Source of the DNA: Trichoplax sp. H2
Taxonomy: Eukaryota
Length of the DNA stretch: 64,000 bases
Assembly: GCA_003344405.1 (NCBI GenBank)
Contig: NOWV01000015.1
Span: 124,001-188,000 of the forward strand
Direction of reading: 5' to 3'
The notes beneath the pieces were generated by a model. It made no database searches, was not told the DNA's origin, and was given only the letters and a program-made list of their open reading frames with translations. Position 1 is the stretch's first letter. Every line of letters starts with the position of its first letter. The translations under genes and the position numbers were made by a program. Below, one piece after another: positions 40,990 to 51,320 of the stretch.

Positions 40990-43668
40990 ATGATGAATAT
41001 CTGTATAACTATTTTACTGGCTGTTTTAGCCTTGACGGTTGTAGATGGCCATATCCGTTTAAACTATCCGAAGGCAAGAATGTATGATTTTGACTTTTTG
41101 GATAATGTTCGAACTCGCAGCCCTTGTGGTATGCCAGAAAATGCTACTGGCACAGGTATCTTTAAAACTAAATTGATCACAGGCTCTAAGATTAGTATTA
41201 CTTGGCACATGGCATTTCCTCATGGTGGTGGTTTTCGTATCCAAATTTTACATGGTAACGGAACAATTTTACATGAATTAACCCCGACAAATAATACCAA
41301 TCCATGGTATTCTATCAGTAATTCCACTATTCAGAGCTATTTGGCTACTTTACCTAGTGGTTTTACTTGTGATCATTGCATTATTCGACTAACACGTAAT
41401 GCCAAGGAATGGTCCACTCCTAGTGGACCCTATATATTTTGGAGTTGTGCTGATGTAGAAGTCAATAATTTCCAATGCAATCAGTTAAATTGCTATCATG
41501 GAGGGAGCATAGCATCGAATTGTAATTCTGCTTCAGCAGTTTGTTCATGCCCCAATAATCAATTCTCGGGCGATCGCTGCCAATATATGAATGAATGTGA
41601 AACTTACGCAGACTGTAATAATAATGGTCTATGTGTAACCATTAATCAAGATTATTATTATCCGTTAAAGCAGTGCTTCTGCTCGGCTGGTTTCTATGGC
41701 TATAAGTGCTCTAAAACTTCCAATTTAACGGTGGTTATGCCTAATGATGTTTCCTCTTATTCCTACACGAAATTAGACAATAGCAGTGAAATCTGGTATA
41801 AAATTCTATCTGCTACTAATGAAGTGGAGGTTATTCATAAAACATTATCTACTAGTTGGGTAGGTTTAGGCTGGAGGCCACAAGGATTAAAAGCATCTTG
41901 CCAATTTTTCCCTCCTGGAGCGGCACCAGGTCTTATTAGTGGACCTGAAAGCGCTGTAGGTGAAGGAGGAAATCAACCAGAGGGCAATTCTGAAAGTACA
42001 AGTAAACCAGAAGGGGGTGCAGAAAGTACTGCTCAACCTGAAGGCAACGCTGGAAGTACCGCTCAACCCGAAGGCAACGCTGAAAGCACTGCTAAACCCG
42101 AAGGGGAAGGTGGAAGTTCAGAAAGTGGCGGCGCTGCTGGCAATCTTGTAACCCATGCCATGGATTGTACCGATATGGTGATTGGTAGTGCTCGAGGGAA
42201 TATGTTTCGATTATTTGATTACTATTCGCGTGATCGTAGTACACCTCGAATGGATTCCTATTTTGGTGGAGAAGACAGTATTACTGCAGCGGTGGGCTCC
42301 GAAAGCAACGGCTATACCACATTAAGATGGCGTAAGCAGTTAACTGCAGAAGGAACCACCGATCATACTATTCAGGATGAAGTATTGGATGTTATTTATG
42401 CTTATGGTCAAAAGTATCCTTACTCTCATCAATTTCCATCCGGTCTGCATAATTCGCATCGCTTAACCAATTACTATAATGATGATGAGCTCAAATATCA
42501 CGGTTATCAAAATCGTGGACGTAAAAGTCTCAATTTTTTTGGTGATTCCAAGTTAGTTACTAATACTTGTAGTGGTAGCTGGAAAACTGGATGTACCGGC
42601 AATTCTTGTTCTAATAACTTACAATGGAATATTTACAATGATGGAACAGTCCATTTTACAATGTCAGCAGTAACGGATAAATGGATTGGTTTAGGTATTT
42701 CAAATGATCATAAGATGGCCAAGACCGACGCCATCGTTGGTTGGGTAGGGAAAGTTGCCCCTGTCATTACCGATCGCTACATATCTAGCTATGCTCCTCC
42801 ACCAGTTGATGCTGTATCCAATGTTAACTTACTTGAAGGATCGAAATTGAATGGTACCACTACATTAAAATTTTATCGTCCAATTAATACGAGTGACTCA
42901 CAAGATATCAGTTTACATGGCTGCCATTACTTTATATTTGCGATTGGTGGTCAATATACTGATTCTAATTTTGCCATTTCCAAGCATGCCTCGACTCCAT
43001 TTATTACAAGTCGAAAAATTTGTATCGATGTTAATCAGTGTTCAAAGTCTTATTCACCGTTAGGTATTGACATCATGACTTCTACTCCTTGTAGTGGAAG
43101 CTGGGGTACACGATGCCTGAATGACCAATGCGCTAGCAATCTACGCTGGAATGTCTATAACGACGGAACGGTGCATTTCCAGATGTCGGCTGATACTGAT
43201 AAATGGCTTGGAATGGGTATTTCTGTGGATAAGAAAATGCCATCTTCAGATGCTATCGTAGGCTGGATATCCCAGGGTACTGCAAAGTTAAGAGATCGCT
43301 TTCTTAAAGGTTATTTTATACCTGCAGTCGATGCAATTACTAATGTCGATTTAATTAATGGTTCTCTCATCAATGGTATAACGACGCTAAACTTTAAGCG
43401 TGCTATGAACACCTCGGATTCACAAAATGATGTTAGTTTGCATGGTTGCCATTACTTTTTCTTGGGCACTGGTGGTAGTTATGATGATAATAACCTTGAT
43501 ATTGGTGTCCATCCTCAAACACCAGCTGTCGCTAAAATTCCAATGTGTCTTTATGCTAGTCGATGTACACAATTCAGTCCACCAGGAACTGGCGCAGCTG
43601 GCACTATTTTTACTCTAATTCATTTGGTCATTGCTGTCTTAAGCGTCTTGATTAGTAGTATTTTCTAA
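40990..43668 (+). CDS. Secreted/GPI-type protein: N-terminal-His LPMO-like domain, EGF-like repeats, three DOMON domains (892 aa, no coding introns)
   Basis: Signal peptide ending VDG then H; WHMAFPHGGGF; LPSGFTCDHCIIRL...FWSCADV; EGF cysteine patterns (CSCPNNQFSGDRC, CFCSAGFYGYKC); DOMON motifs WVGLGW/WIGLGIS...M..DAIVGW...DR; hydrophobic C-terminus with no cytosolic tail. Confidence 0.9.
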   Translation: MMNICITILLAVLALTVVDGHIRLNYPKARMYDFDFLDNVRTRSPCGMPENATGTGIFKTKLITGSKISITWHMAFPHGGGFRIQILHGNGTILHELTPTNNTNPWYSISNSTIQSYLATLPSGFTCDHCIIRLTRNAKEWSTPSGPYIFWSCADVEVNNFQCNQLNCYHGGSIASNCNSASAVCSCPNNQFSGDRCQYMNECETYADCNNNGLCVTINQDYYYPLKQCFCSAGFYGYKCSKTSNLTVVMPNDVSSYSYTKLDNSSEIWYKILSATNEVEVIHKTLSTSWVGLGWRPQGLKASCQFFPPGAAPGLISGPESAVGEGGNQPEGNSESTSKPEGGAESTAQPEGNAGSTAQPEGNAESTAKPEGEGGSSESGGAAGNLVTHAMDCTDMVIGSARGNMFRLFDYYSRDRSTPRMDSYFGGEDSITAAVGSESNGYTTLRWRKQLTAEGTTDHTIQDEVLDVIYAYGQKYPYSHQFPSGLHNSHRLTNYYNDDELKYHGYQNRGRKSLNFFGDSKLVTNTCSGSWKTGCTGNSCSNNLQWNIYNDGTVHFTMSAVTDKWIGLGISNDHKMAKTDAIVGWVGKVAPVITDRYISSYAPPPVDAVSNVNLLEGSKLNGTTTLKFYRPINTSDSQDISLHGCHYFIFAIGGQYTDSNFAISKHASTPFITSRKICIDVNQCSKSYSPLGIDIMTSTPCSGSWGTRCLNDQCASNLRWNVYNDGTVHFQMSADTDKWLGMGISVDKKMPSSDAIVGWISQGTAKLRDRFLKGYFIPAVDAITNVDLINGSLINGITTLNFKRAMNTSDSQNDVSLHGCHYFFLGTGGSYDDNNLDIGVHPQTPAVAKIPMCLYASRCTQFSPPGTGAAGTIFTLIHLVIAVLSVLISSIF
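41977..42126 (+). repeat. Coding 30-bp tandem repeat (PEGNAESTAx, 5 units) inside the first DOMON domain
   Basis: PEGNSESTSK PEGGAESTAQ PEGNAGSTAQ PEGNAESTAK PEGEGGSSES. Confidence 0.85.
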
Positions 43669-44459
43669 CTGGTTCTACGTGCAGCATGATTAATGGGATT
43701 ACTGTTCATGCTAATATTGATTCATTATTCGGGTCTATTTGAAATAGAATATCGTATAGCTGATTCATTGCAATTTAGTAGAGTAAGGATTGATTTGTAA
43801 TCAATTGCCACTGCTAGATGGGCCACTAATTTTAGATTATATGCAAGCCACAAGCTGTTGTTAGAAAATTCAGCAAGTGATCATATTAATCTCAATTCTG
43901 CTTCTTTTTTTTCGTTAACAAATATATCATATAATGAATGATACCGATTCAAAGGAATTAAGAATTTATATGTATTAATTTCTTAAAGTAGAGTAGATTA
44001 TGGTGAAAATAAAATTCAAAAAGAAAACGTATCTTATAGCAATGTTTAATTCTCAACAACACTGTACTTTCAGAAGATAAAATATTATGCTTAATTTTAA
44101 TTAAATTGAAAAGTCGAGTTGTTCAGTAAAGTGTATTTCTGAACAACCTATCTAACCCGTTGTATCAAATAAAGTAAGCATTAAAATTTAGAAATGTTAA
44201 AGTTTAATAAAATTTATCTCTGAATAGGACTTTTTTGACGCATACATGAATTTGCTTCAAGGATAAAATTTCAACCATTGAGGCATTAAGAAAGTCCATT
44301 AGGAAATATTTAGTAAAGTTTTCTTTCGACATAGCATTATGAACGCATTTCGTAAATATGCGTAAATGACAATATTTCAATAAATTTACGCCTGAAGAAC
44401 AAGATTAAGTAGTAGTCTAAAATTTTCTATTCAGTCCAATAGTAAGTAAGTGTACAGAA

Positions 44460-45090
44460 TTGTCCGTCAAGTAATTTCATAGAGTAGAATCGATTGAGTC
44501 TATGGGTCTGTTTTATATCACCTACAATGATAATTGCTATAGCTCAATTCTATCTTATGGTAATACCTATATAAACCTATATAGACATGTAGACATACCA
44601 TGCAATACTGTATAGATTTAAATGTAAGATATTCGCATGATGTAGTAGAACCTAACAGATGTACGAATTAAGCTGTTGTATATCATCTGCTTTGATCATT
44701 TACTATAACTCGATTCTATCCTTTGATTATAGCTATATAGATATAACTTGTAATGTAGATTTATCCGTTAAGTATTTTCATAAAGTAAAGTAAAACCTAA
44801 TTGATACAAGAGTTTGGCGGTTGTATATCATGTACAAGATTTCTAATTGCTATAGCTCGATTCGATCTTTTGGTTATACCTATACAAACATGCAGACATA
44901 CCATGCAATATAGATTTATCCGTCAAGTACTTTCATAGTGGAATAAAACTTAATTGACACGAATATTAGGCTGTTGTATATCATCTACAATAATAATAAT
45001 TGCTATAGCTCGATTCGATCTTTGGATTACATCCATATAGATATGTAGATGAACCATTTGATATAGATTATCCGTCAAGTATTTTATGGT
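44460..45090. repeat. Degenerate tandem repeat, ~150-165 bp unit, about 4 copies
   Basis: gctatagctc(g/a)attc(t/g)atc near 44536, 44702, 44849 and 45002; tccgt(c/t)aagta and gttgtatatcat also recur. Confidence 0.75.
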
Positions 45091-45594
45091 CTTATTACAG
45101 ACAGATCGTGAGCTCATCACTTTTTTAACAAATAAATTCAAAATTATATATGCTTGAGAACTTTAGCATTAGTCAAATTTTATTATCCCATTCTGCACAG
45201 CTTATTGAGCATATATATCGCTTCTAGACATTATTAATTAAGGATAGAATACTAGAATACATATTAAAATAGAAATATGTTGGAAATTAGCTAGATATGT
45301 TTCGAAAGATTATCAAATCAATTTTCTATTCCAGTAAAATTTTTACAATAAACAGAGTAATCACTATAGTTTTAATTAAGCGTTTTCTACTGACTTTCAG
45401 AGTATAATATCTCCCTGTATACTACTTTACATATTAATTTTCTCTGCTTCGTTCTATTAACCTATCCGAGAAAGGGTAAAGGGATATCGCTGAATTGTGA
45501 CTTAAACTAGTTAATTCATAGTACAGCATGATACATCAATAACAGCTGCCGATGCTTCTTGATGCCCTCCCTTTTCCCCAATTATGGAAATCAT

Positions 45595-46000
45595 CACAAG
45601 AAATGGACTCCTGTAGCGTATTGCTTGAAGTCCTCAGAAAAGTATCCTAGCAGCTTAATTCAATAACTAAATAATTTCCTTCCCGCAGTTTATTTGCTTT
45701 AAACCACTTGGTAAGTACCCTAGTTACGTCATAAAAACGTAGCCGAATTATAAAAACATTCAGCCTAATTAATTCTCTCCTGTAGCTTATAGCTTGAAAT
45801 TATGAAAATACCTAATCAAAGTGATTCCCTCCTGCGATATCATGCTTAGATTATTAGGAAAGCACCCAAATGGATTCCTTCCTGCAGCTTATTGCTTCAA
45901 AACATAAAGGAAGCAAGCAAAAAAAAGCGGCGAAATTATGCACGCACTGAACTAAATGGATTCTTTCCTGTAGTTTATAGCTTTAAATCATTAGAAATGT
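45595..46000. repeat. Degenerate tandem repeat, ~75-100 bp unit, about 5 copies
   Basis: aaatggattc..cctg(t/c)ag(c/t)ttat(a/t)gctt variants near 45601, 45675, 45775, 45868 and 45955. Confidence 0.55.
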
Positions 46001-46828
46001 ATCCTGGCCGTCTAATTGGAAAGTCATACAGACTCACTTGCTATGAATGATCAAAGTGGTATTAAAGTGTAAGTAAACACCATCTTTTCACACTTGTTTC
46101 CTAACGCAGACAATTAAATTCGATAGAGGCATTTCAAGGCAGAAATGGCCGAGGACAATACAGTAACGAGCAGTTAAATGAAACTTGAAGATATATTACA
46201 TCGTCGATACGAAGTAACTGCAACCTTCAACTCTATCGATATAAATGATAATTTAATCCCTCAACACATTATACCTTCGACTTTAATCGGGATTAAATTT
46301 CTAGCTATCATCGATATTTTTGTACTTGCTCTTAAAGAAGCCATTTGTATAATGTCTTAATCCAACTGATCATTGGAAGCTTATTGTATATTGTTGCCAT
46401 CGTTTATTGACAGCAGTCTATTATGTCAATAAATTCACTCCGATAACCAATTGGAGCTCCTGCATTAAATAGGAAATTGTAACAATTCTAATTATATAAT
46501 TAATTATTGATCCTCTACCATGCTATGTTATTGTCAAGGATTAAACCAGATGATTGGTTCGTAAGGAGATTATCGTAATAATGCTATAGGTGAAAAATAG
46601 AGAATAAGGTCATGACTTTACGGAAGAAACTCTCGCCAGTATAATTATAATCCCTGAGCAGACCTATACAAAAATAGCAGGAAGCGAACAAAGGCCAAAA
46701 AATGACTATTTAATCATCCATTTACATACTTTCTTTGTGCTTATTTGAACTTTAGATCCAATTTTAATCTATATCAACAAGAAAGGCGTTGAGAGAACGA
46801 ATAGTGGTGATCAATCCATGTATTCAAG

Positions 46829-48835
46829 ATGAATAAGTTGTGCTTTATTTTAATTGGGGTGTTGGCCATAACGATGGTCAATGGACACATTCGCATCCTC
46901 TTCCCAATATCTAGAATGTATGATTTCGATTTTATCGTCAATTTTAGATCACGAAGTCCTTGTGGAATGCCGGAAAATGCAACCGGCCAAGGTATCTTTA
47001 AAACGAAATTAGTTGCTGGTTCAACCTTTGATATGACATGGCATTTAGCATTTGCTCATCAAGGTGGATTTCGAATTCAAATTTTACAACGTAATGGAGT
47101 TGTAAGCCATGAATTAACACCGACCAATGACTCGGTGCCATGGTTCTCCTCGGATAATGCTACTATTCAAAATTATCTTGTTACCCTTCCTCAAGGCTTT
47201 ACTTGCGATCATTGCATTATACGCCTTATACGCGATGTCGCCGAAAGATCAACCCCTACTAAACCGTTCCAATATTGGAGTTGTGCTGATGTTGAAATTG
47301 GCAATTTTCCTTGTACACAATTAAATTGTTACAATGGCGGAACGATAGCATCTAATTGTAATTCAGCATCGCCAACATGTAGTTGTGCTACTGGTCTTGT
47401 CTCGGGCAATCGATGCGAATTTGTCAACGAGTGTGAAACAACTTCAGACTGTAATGGCAATGGCCAATGTCTGACTATTAACCAAGATTATTATTACCCT
47501 TTAAAGCAATGTTACTGTTCTCCTGGCTATTATGGCTATCGATGTTCCCAAACTTCGAATCTTACTGTCGCTATGCCTGGCGATTTAACGTCATATTTCT
47601 ATTTTCGACTGGATAAAAATAGTGAAATGTGGTATAGAATTTTATCTGCTAGCAATGAAATTGAAGTAATCCATAAAACGCGATCGATTACTTGGGTAGG
47701 ATTAGGCTGGCGACCACAAGGTTTGATGGAGTCTTGTCAGTTTTATCCGGCCGGAGCAGCACCAGGTTTAGCTTTTGGTCCACCAGGTTCTCCTGGAGAG
47801 AGCAATCAAGCAGAATCAGATGCTAAGAAAACGCCAGTAAAGCATTCTATGGCTTGTACAGACATGGTGATTGGTAGTGTTCGCGGAAATACTGTTCGAA
47901 TTTTCGATTACTACTCTCGTGATCGCGGTACACCTAGAAAAGATTCTTATTATGGCGGAATAGATAGCATTACATCAGCAGTAGGTTCAGAAGTCAATGG
48001 TGTTACAACGTTAAGATGGCGGAAAAAGTTAGCGGCCGATGGACCTACCGATCACACTATCATCGATGCACCCTTGGATATTATTTATGCTTATGGTCAA
48101 AAAGTGCCATTTACCCACGAGAAGCCTTCGGGTATTATTAATACCACTCGCGAAACGACATTTTATGGCGATGATGAATTAAAATATCATGGTTTTGAAC
48201 ATCGAGGTCGTCGTTCGCTCAATTTTTTCTCAGATAATCGATTGAATGCCGCTACCTGTGGCGGTAGTTGGACTTCCAATTGTGCAGGCAATACGTGTAG
48301 CCAAACTTTAGCGTGGAATGTGTATAATGATGGAACAGTGCATTTCACGATGTCTGCAAAGACCGATAAATGGCTTGCATTGGGTATTTCCAACGACGCT
48401 AAAATGCCCAATTCCGATGCTATTGTGGGTTGGGTATCCAATGGAGCTGTTGTATTAATAGATCGCTTTCTTAAGACGTATTCTTTACCCGCTATCGACG
48501 CCATTAGCAATGTTCAAGTTGTCAATGGTTCCCTTATTAACGGCGTAACAATCTTGAATTTTATTCGTCAAATTAATACTACCGATACGCAAAATGATAT
48601 CAGTTTGCATGGTTGCCATTATTTTTTCTTTGGTGTTGGTGGAGCTTATAATAATAATACATTGGATATTGCAGCCCATCCTTCAATACCTGCTATCACT
48701 AGTCAAAAAATATGTATTGATGCCAGTCAATGTTCTCAATTTAAGCCACCAGGTAGTGGTACAGCTGGAATCTTTACCATAACCCATTTACTGACGACGA
48801 TGATAGCCGTTGTCCTATCCAACATTTTGCTTTAA
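46829..48835 (+). CDS. Tandem paralog: N-terminal-His LPMO-like domain, EGF-like repeats, two DOMON domains, GPI-type tail (668 aa, no coding introns)
   Basis: Signal peptide ending VNG then H; WHLAFAHQGGF; LPQGFTCDHCIIRL...YWSCADV. Collinear with the 892-aa ORF but lacks the PEG repeats and one DOMON. Confidence 0.9.
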   Translation: MNKLCFILIGVLAITMVNGHIRILFPISRMYDFDFIVNFRSRSPCGMPENATGQGIFKTKLVAGSTFDMTWHLAFAHQGGFRIQILQRNGVVSHELTPTNDSVPWFSSDNATIQNYLVTLPQGFTCDHCIIRLIRDVAERSTPTKPFQYWSCADVEIGNFPCTQLNCYNGGTIASNCNSASPTCSCATGLVSGNRCEFVNECETTSDCNGNGQCLTINQDYYYPLKQCYCSPGYYGYRCSQTSNLTVAMPGDLTSYFYFRLDKNSEMWYRILSASNEIEVIHKTRSITWVGLGWRPQGLMESCQFYPAGAAPGLAFGPPGSPGESNQAESDAKKTPVKHSMACTDMVIGSVRGNTVRIFDYYSRDRGTPRKDSYYGGIDSITSAVGSEVNGVTTLRWRKKLAADGPTDHTIIDAPLDIIYAYGQKVPFTHEKPSGIINTTRETTFYGDDELKYHGFEHRGRRSLNFFSDNRLNAATCGGSWTSNCAGNTCSQTLAWNVYNDGTVHFTMSAKTDKWLALGISNDAKMPNSDAIVGWVSNGAVVLIDRFLKTYSLPAIDAISNVQVVNGSLINGVTILNFIRQINTTDTQNDISLHGCHYFFFGVGGAYNNNTLDIAAHPSIPAITSQKICIDASQCSQFKPPGSGTAGIFTITHLLTTMIAVVLSNILL

Positions 48836-49486
48836 AATATCGATGACCAACAATACGATGGGATATAGTATTCGGGTTATCGTCCAAGTTAGAAATACCG
48901 TGAATTCGACAATTTCCTATTTCATTCTGTTTAATTTATGTCTTAAAGTAGCGTTCTACAAGGTAGATTAAAAGGATAAAAAAAGATATTCATAGTTTAT
49001 CTGATATGCACGCGTATGCTATCGGCAGTAGACCAGTCTCTAACGCTCGTAATGATAAAATGAGGCAATTTAGAATAAATATAGTAAATTGGTGATAGAA
49101 TTATCATAATTTCGGATTTGTCCATTGCATTCTATTATAGCTTTGAGTGGGATGATTTTTGATTCTGTGAATAAATTCAACTTGCTCATTTAAAATTGGC
49201 GATAGTTTGCCTAATCTAGGTAAAGTATAACATAGAAATTGTTAGACAGTGGACTAATGATCATTATAACGATACGAAGATCAAGAGCTCTCAAAATCAA
49301 CCTAGAATTTCAATCGTGAGGACTTTACTTTCTTACATTTTATTCTTTCCAGTCATTTTCTTCCTTGATTTCATAAATTCAATCGTTACCAAATATAAAT
49401 GAAATCTAAATGAATTAGGGAATCATATTCGTTACCGTGTAAGAGCGAATCGGTTTTTAGCCCCATTGGATTCAGCATTCACCATC

Positions 49487-51320
49487 TCAAAATTGGAAAT
49501 ATAACAGAGCAAAGCTCTCACGTAGCACAAATAGGTCAATACCGCTTTTAACCTTAAAAATGGTGTTGTTCATGATGATAGGGTTGGTAGAAGATGAATC
49601 CGCTTTTTCCTCTCTCATAACAACAGTTGAAACGTCTAAGAGGAACCCAGTCATCGACTTTAACTCTACAACAATTCTATACCACTCATTCAAAACCGAA
49701 TCAAAGACTTCTTGACAATATTCTACTTGGGAGTTAAGAACCTCATTAGCCTATTAATCAAAAACAGAATTTAATTTAGCTGTCGGCTGAGGCCTTTCAT
49801 GTCCATAGTACGAATAGTACAAGCATATCATTTCATCAGATCGCCATCTTTCATAGTTACTTTAATAAGCATAACAGACTATTCCACATCCTATAGAGCT
49901 TCATATTTCTACTGTCATTAACTGATATCCCTACAATAATATCAATATTAGGGCTCTGTAGACTATATTCGCATGCTAGAAACACAAGATAAAACATGAT
50001 TACTTAGAAACTCTTCCTTCCTCGTTCAGCTTACAAATGAACGTGGTATAAACGATGAGATTATCTTGATTTGGTCAATGTGTCTCCAATTTCTCAATCT
50101 AGACATGCATTAGTTTTGTACTACAGGTAAATAAAGGCGGAAATTAAGAATTAATAAATTGTCACAATCATTAATGAACTATAGTACATAAAAAAATTGA
50201 TCCAAAGATATTTATACTGAATCCAAAACTAATGGCTACCAATATGATTAAATCCTTGCTATAAATGAAAGCTAAACATTAGAAATTATATTCATGATTA
50301 TCATCGATAAACTAAAGCATGTAAAAATCGATTTTATAGTGTTTATAGTGAATCAAAAACGAATGGTTACTAGTACGATAGTGTCCTTGCTATAAATGAA
50401 ACCTAAACATAGAAATTATATCTGTAATTAACATGAACTACAGCTTGTTACAGAATCAATTCTATAATATTTATAGTGAATCTAAAGCGTATGGTTACCA
50501 ATAGGATAAAATCCTTATTATAAATGAAACTTAAACATAGAAATCACACGATAATTATTATCGGTGAACTATAGCATCTTAAAAAATTGATCCTATGATA
50601 TTTATTGTGAATCCAAAACGAATGGTTACCAATACGATAAAATCCTTGCTGTAAATGAAACCTAAATATAGAGATTATATCGGTGATTAGCATCGGCGAA
50701 CTATAGCACGTTAAAGAATCGATCCTATGATATCGATGGTGAAAATTATTTTATTCTTGCTCCCCATGTAGCACATCTTCAATCTATCTATCATTCCTTT
50801 TATCTCCTTCCATTTTCTGACTTATTAAGCGAATCTGATTGTTAGCAATTTGAGATAAACCTTGCTATAAATGAAAGCTGAACACAAAAATTATATCCGT
50901 AATTGAATAGCCTTTAAGGCTATATTTGGATGCAAATAATATAGCGTTGTTTATTATTATTTGTATGCTTTTACATCTTGTTCAAGTTTAGCAATGAAGC
51001 TGATTTCTCTAGAATAGGTGTGCATTATCAAAAATAGACTAATAGATGCCAATATTCAAGCCACAATTCGATACATAAATACCTGTAAGGTTGTTAAGCA
51101 CTATTCTAACTTTTGCGTGACCTGTTTTTGCAATTATTTAAACATACAGATGAAAATTCAGGCGTGTATAGTCAATTTTGCGCACTAAAAATGAACATAA
51201 GCCGCTAATGGTGATAAAAAGATAATGATTACTGGTAGGCTTATTTTCTAAGCCATCTTTTGGCACGATATAATTGCTCGTGTGTTTGACAATTATTACT
51301 CCAGATAGGATGAGAAAGCT
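49487..51320 (-). CDS. Tentative 3' part of an uncharacterised spliced gene
   Basis: Phase-compatible open GT-AG exons 51121-51083, 51008-50975, 50816-50775, 50098-50035 and 49750-49487 give HAKVRIVLNNLTEKSASLLNLNKIKWKEIKGMIDRLKILRNWRHIDQIKIISSFIPRSFANEVLNSQVEYCQEVFDSVLNEWYRIVVELK...FQF*. No homology recognised; 5' end unresolved. Confidence 0.4.
50170..50905. repeat. Degenerate tandem repeat, ~130 bp unit, 4 copies plus a detached partial copy
   Basis: ccttgctataaatgaaa variants near 50253, 50383, 50512, 50643 and 50860; atggttaccaata and gtgaatc recur. Confidence 0.8.

Noticed and set aside
40990-48835. Annotation as dopamine beta-hydroxylase/MOXD1 or ferric-chelate reductase FRRS1
   Set aside because: No Cu type II monooxygenase domains and no cytochrome b561 multi-pass region; only the DOMON fold is shared
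50170-50905. Regularly spaced repeats as a possible CRISPR array
   Set aside because: Whole units are homologous with no unique spacers, there are no cas genes, and the context is eukaryotic
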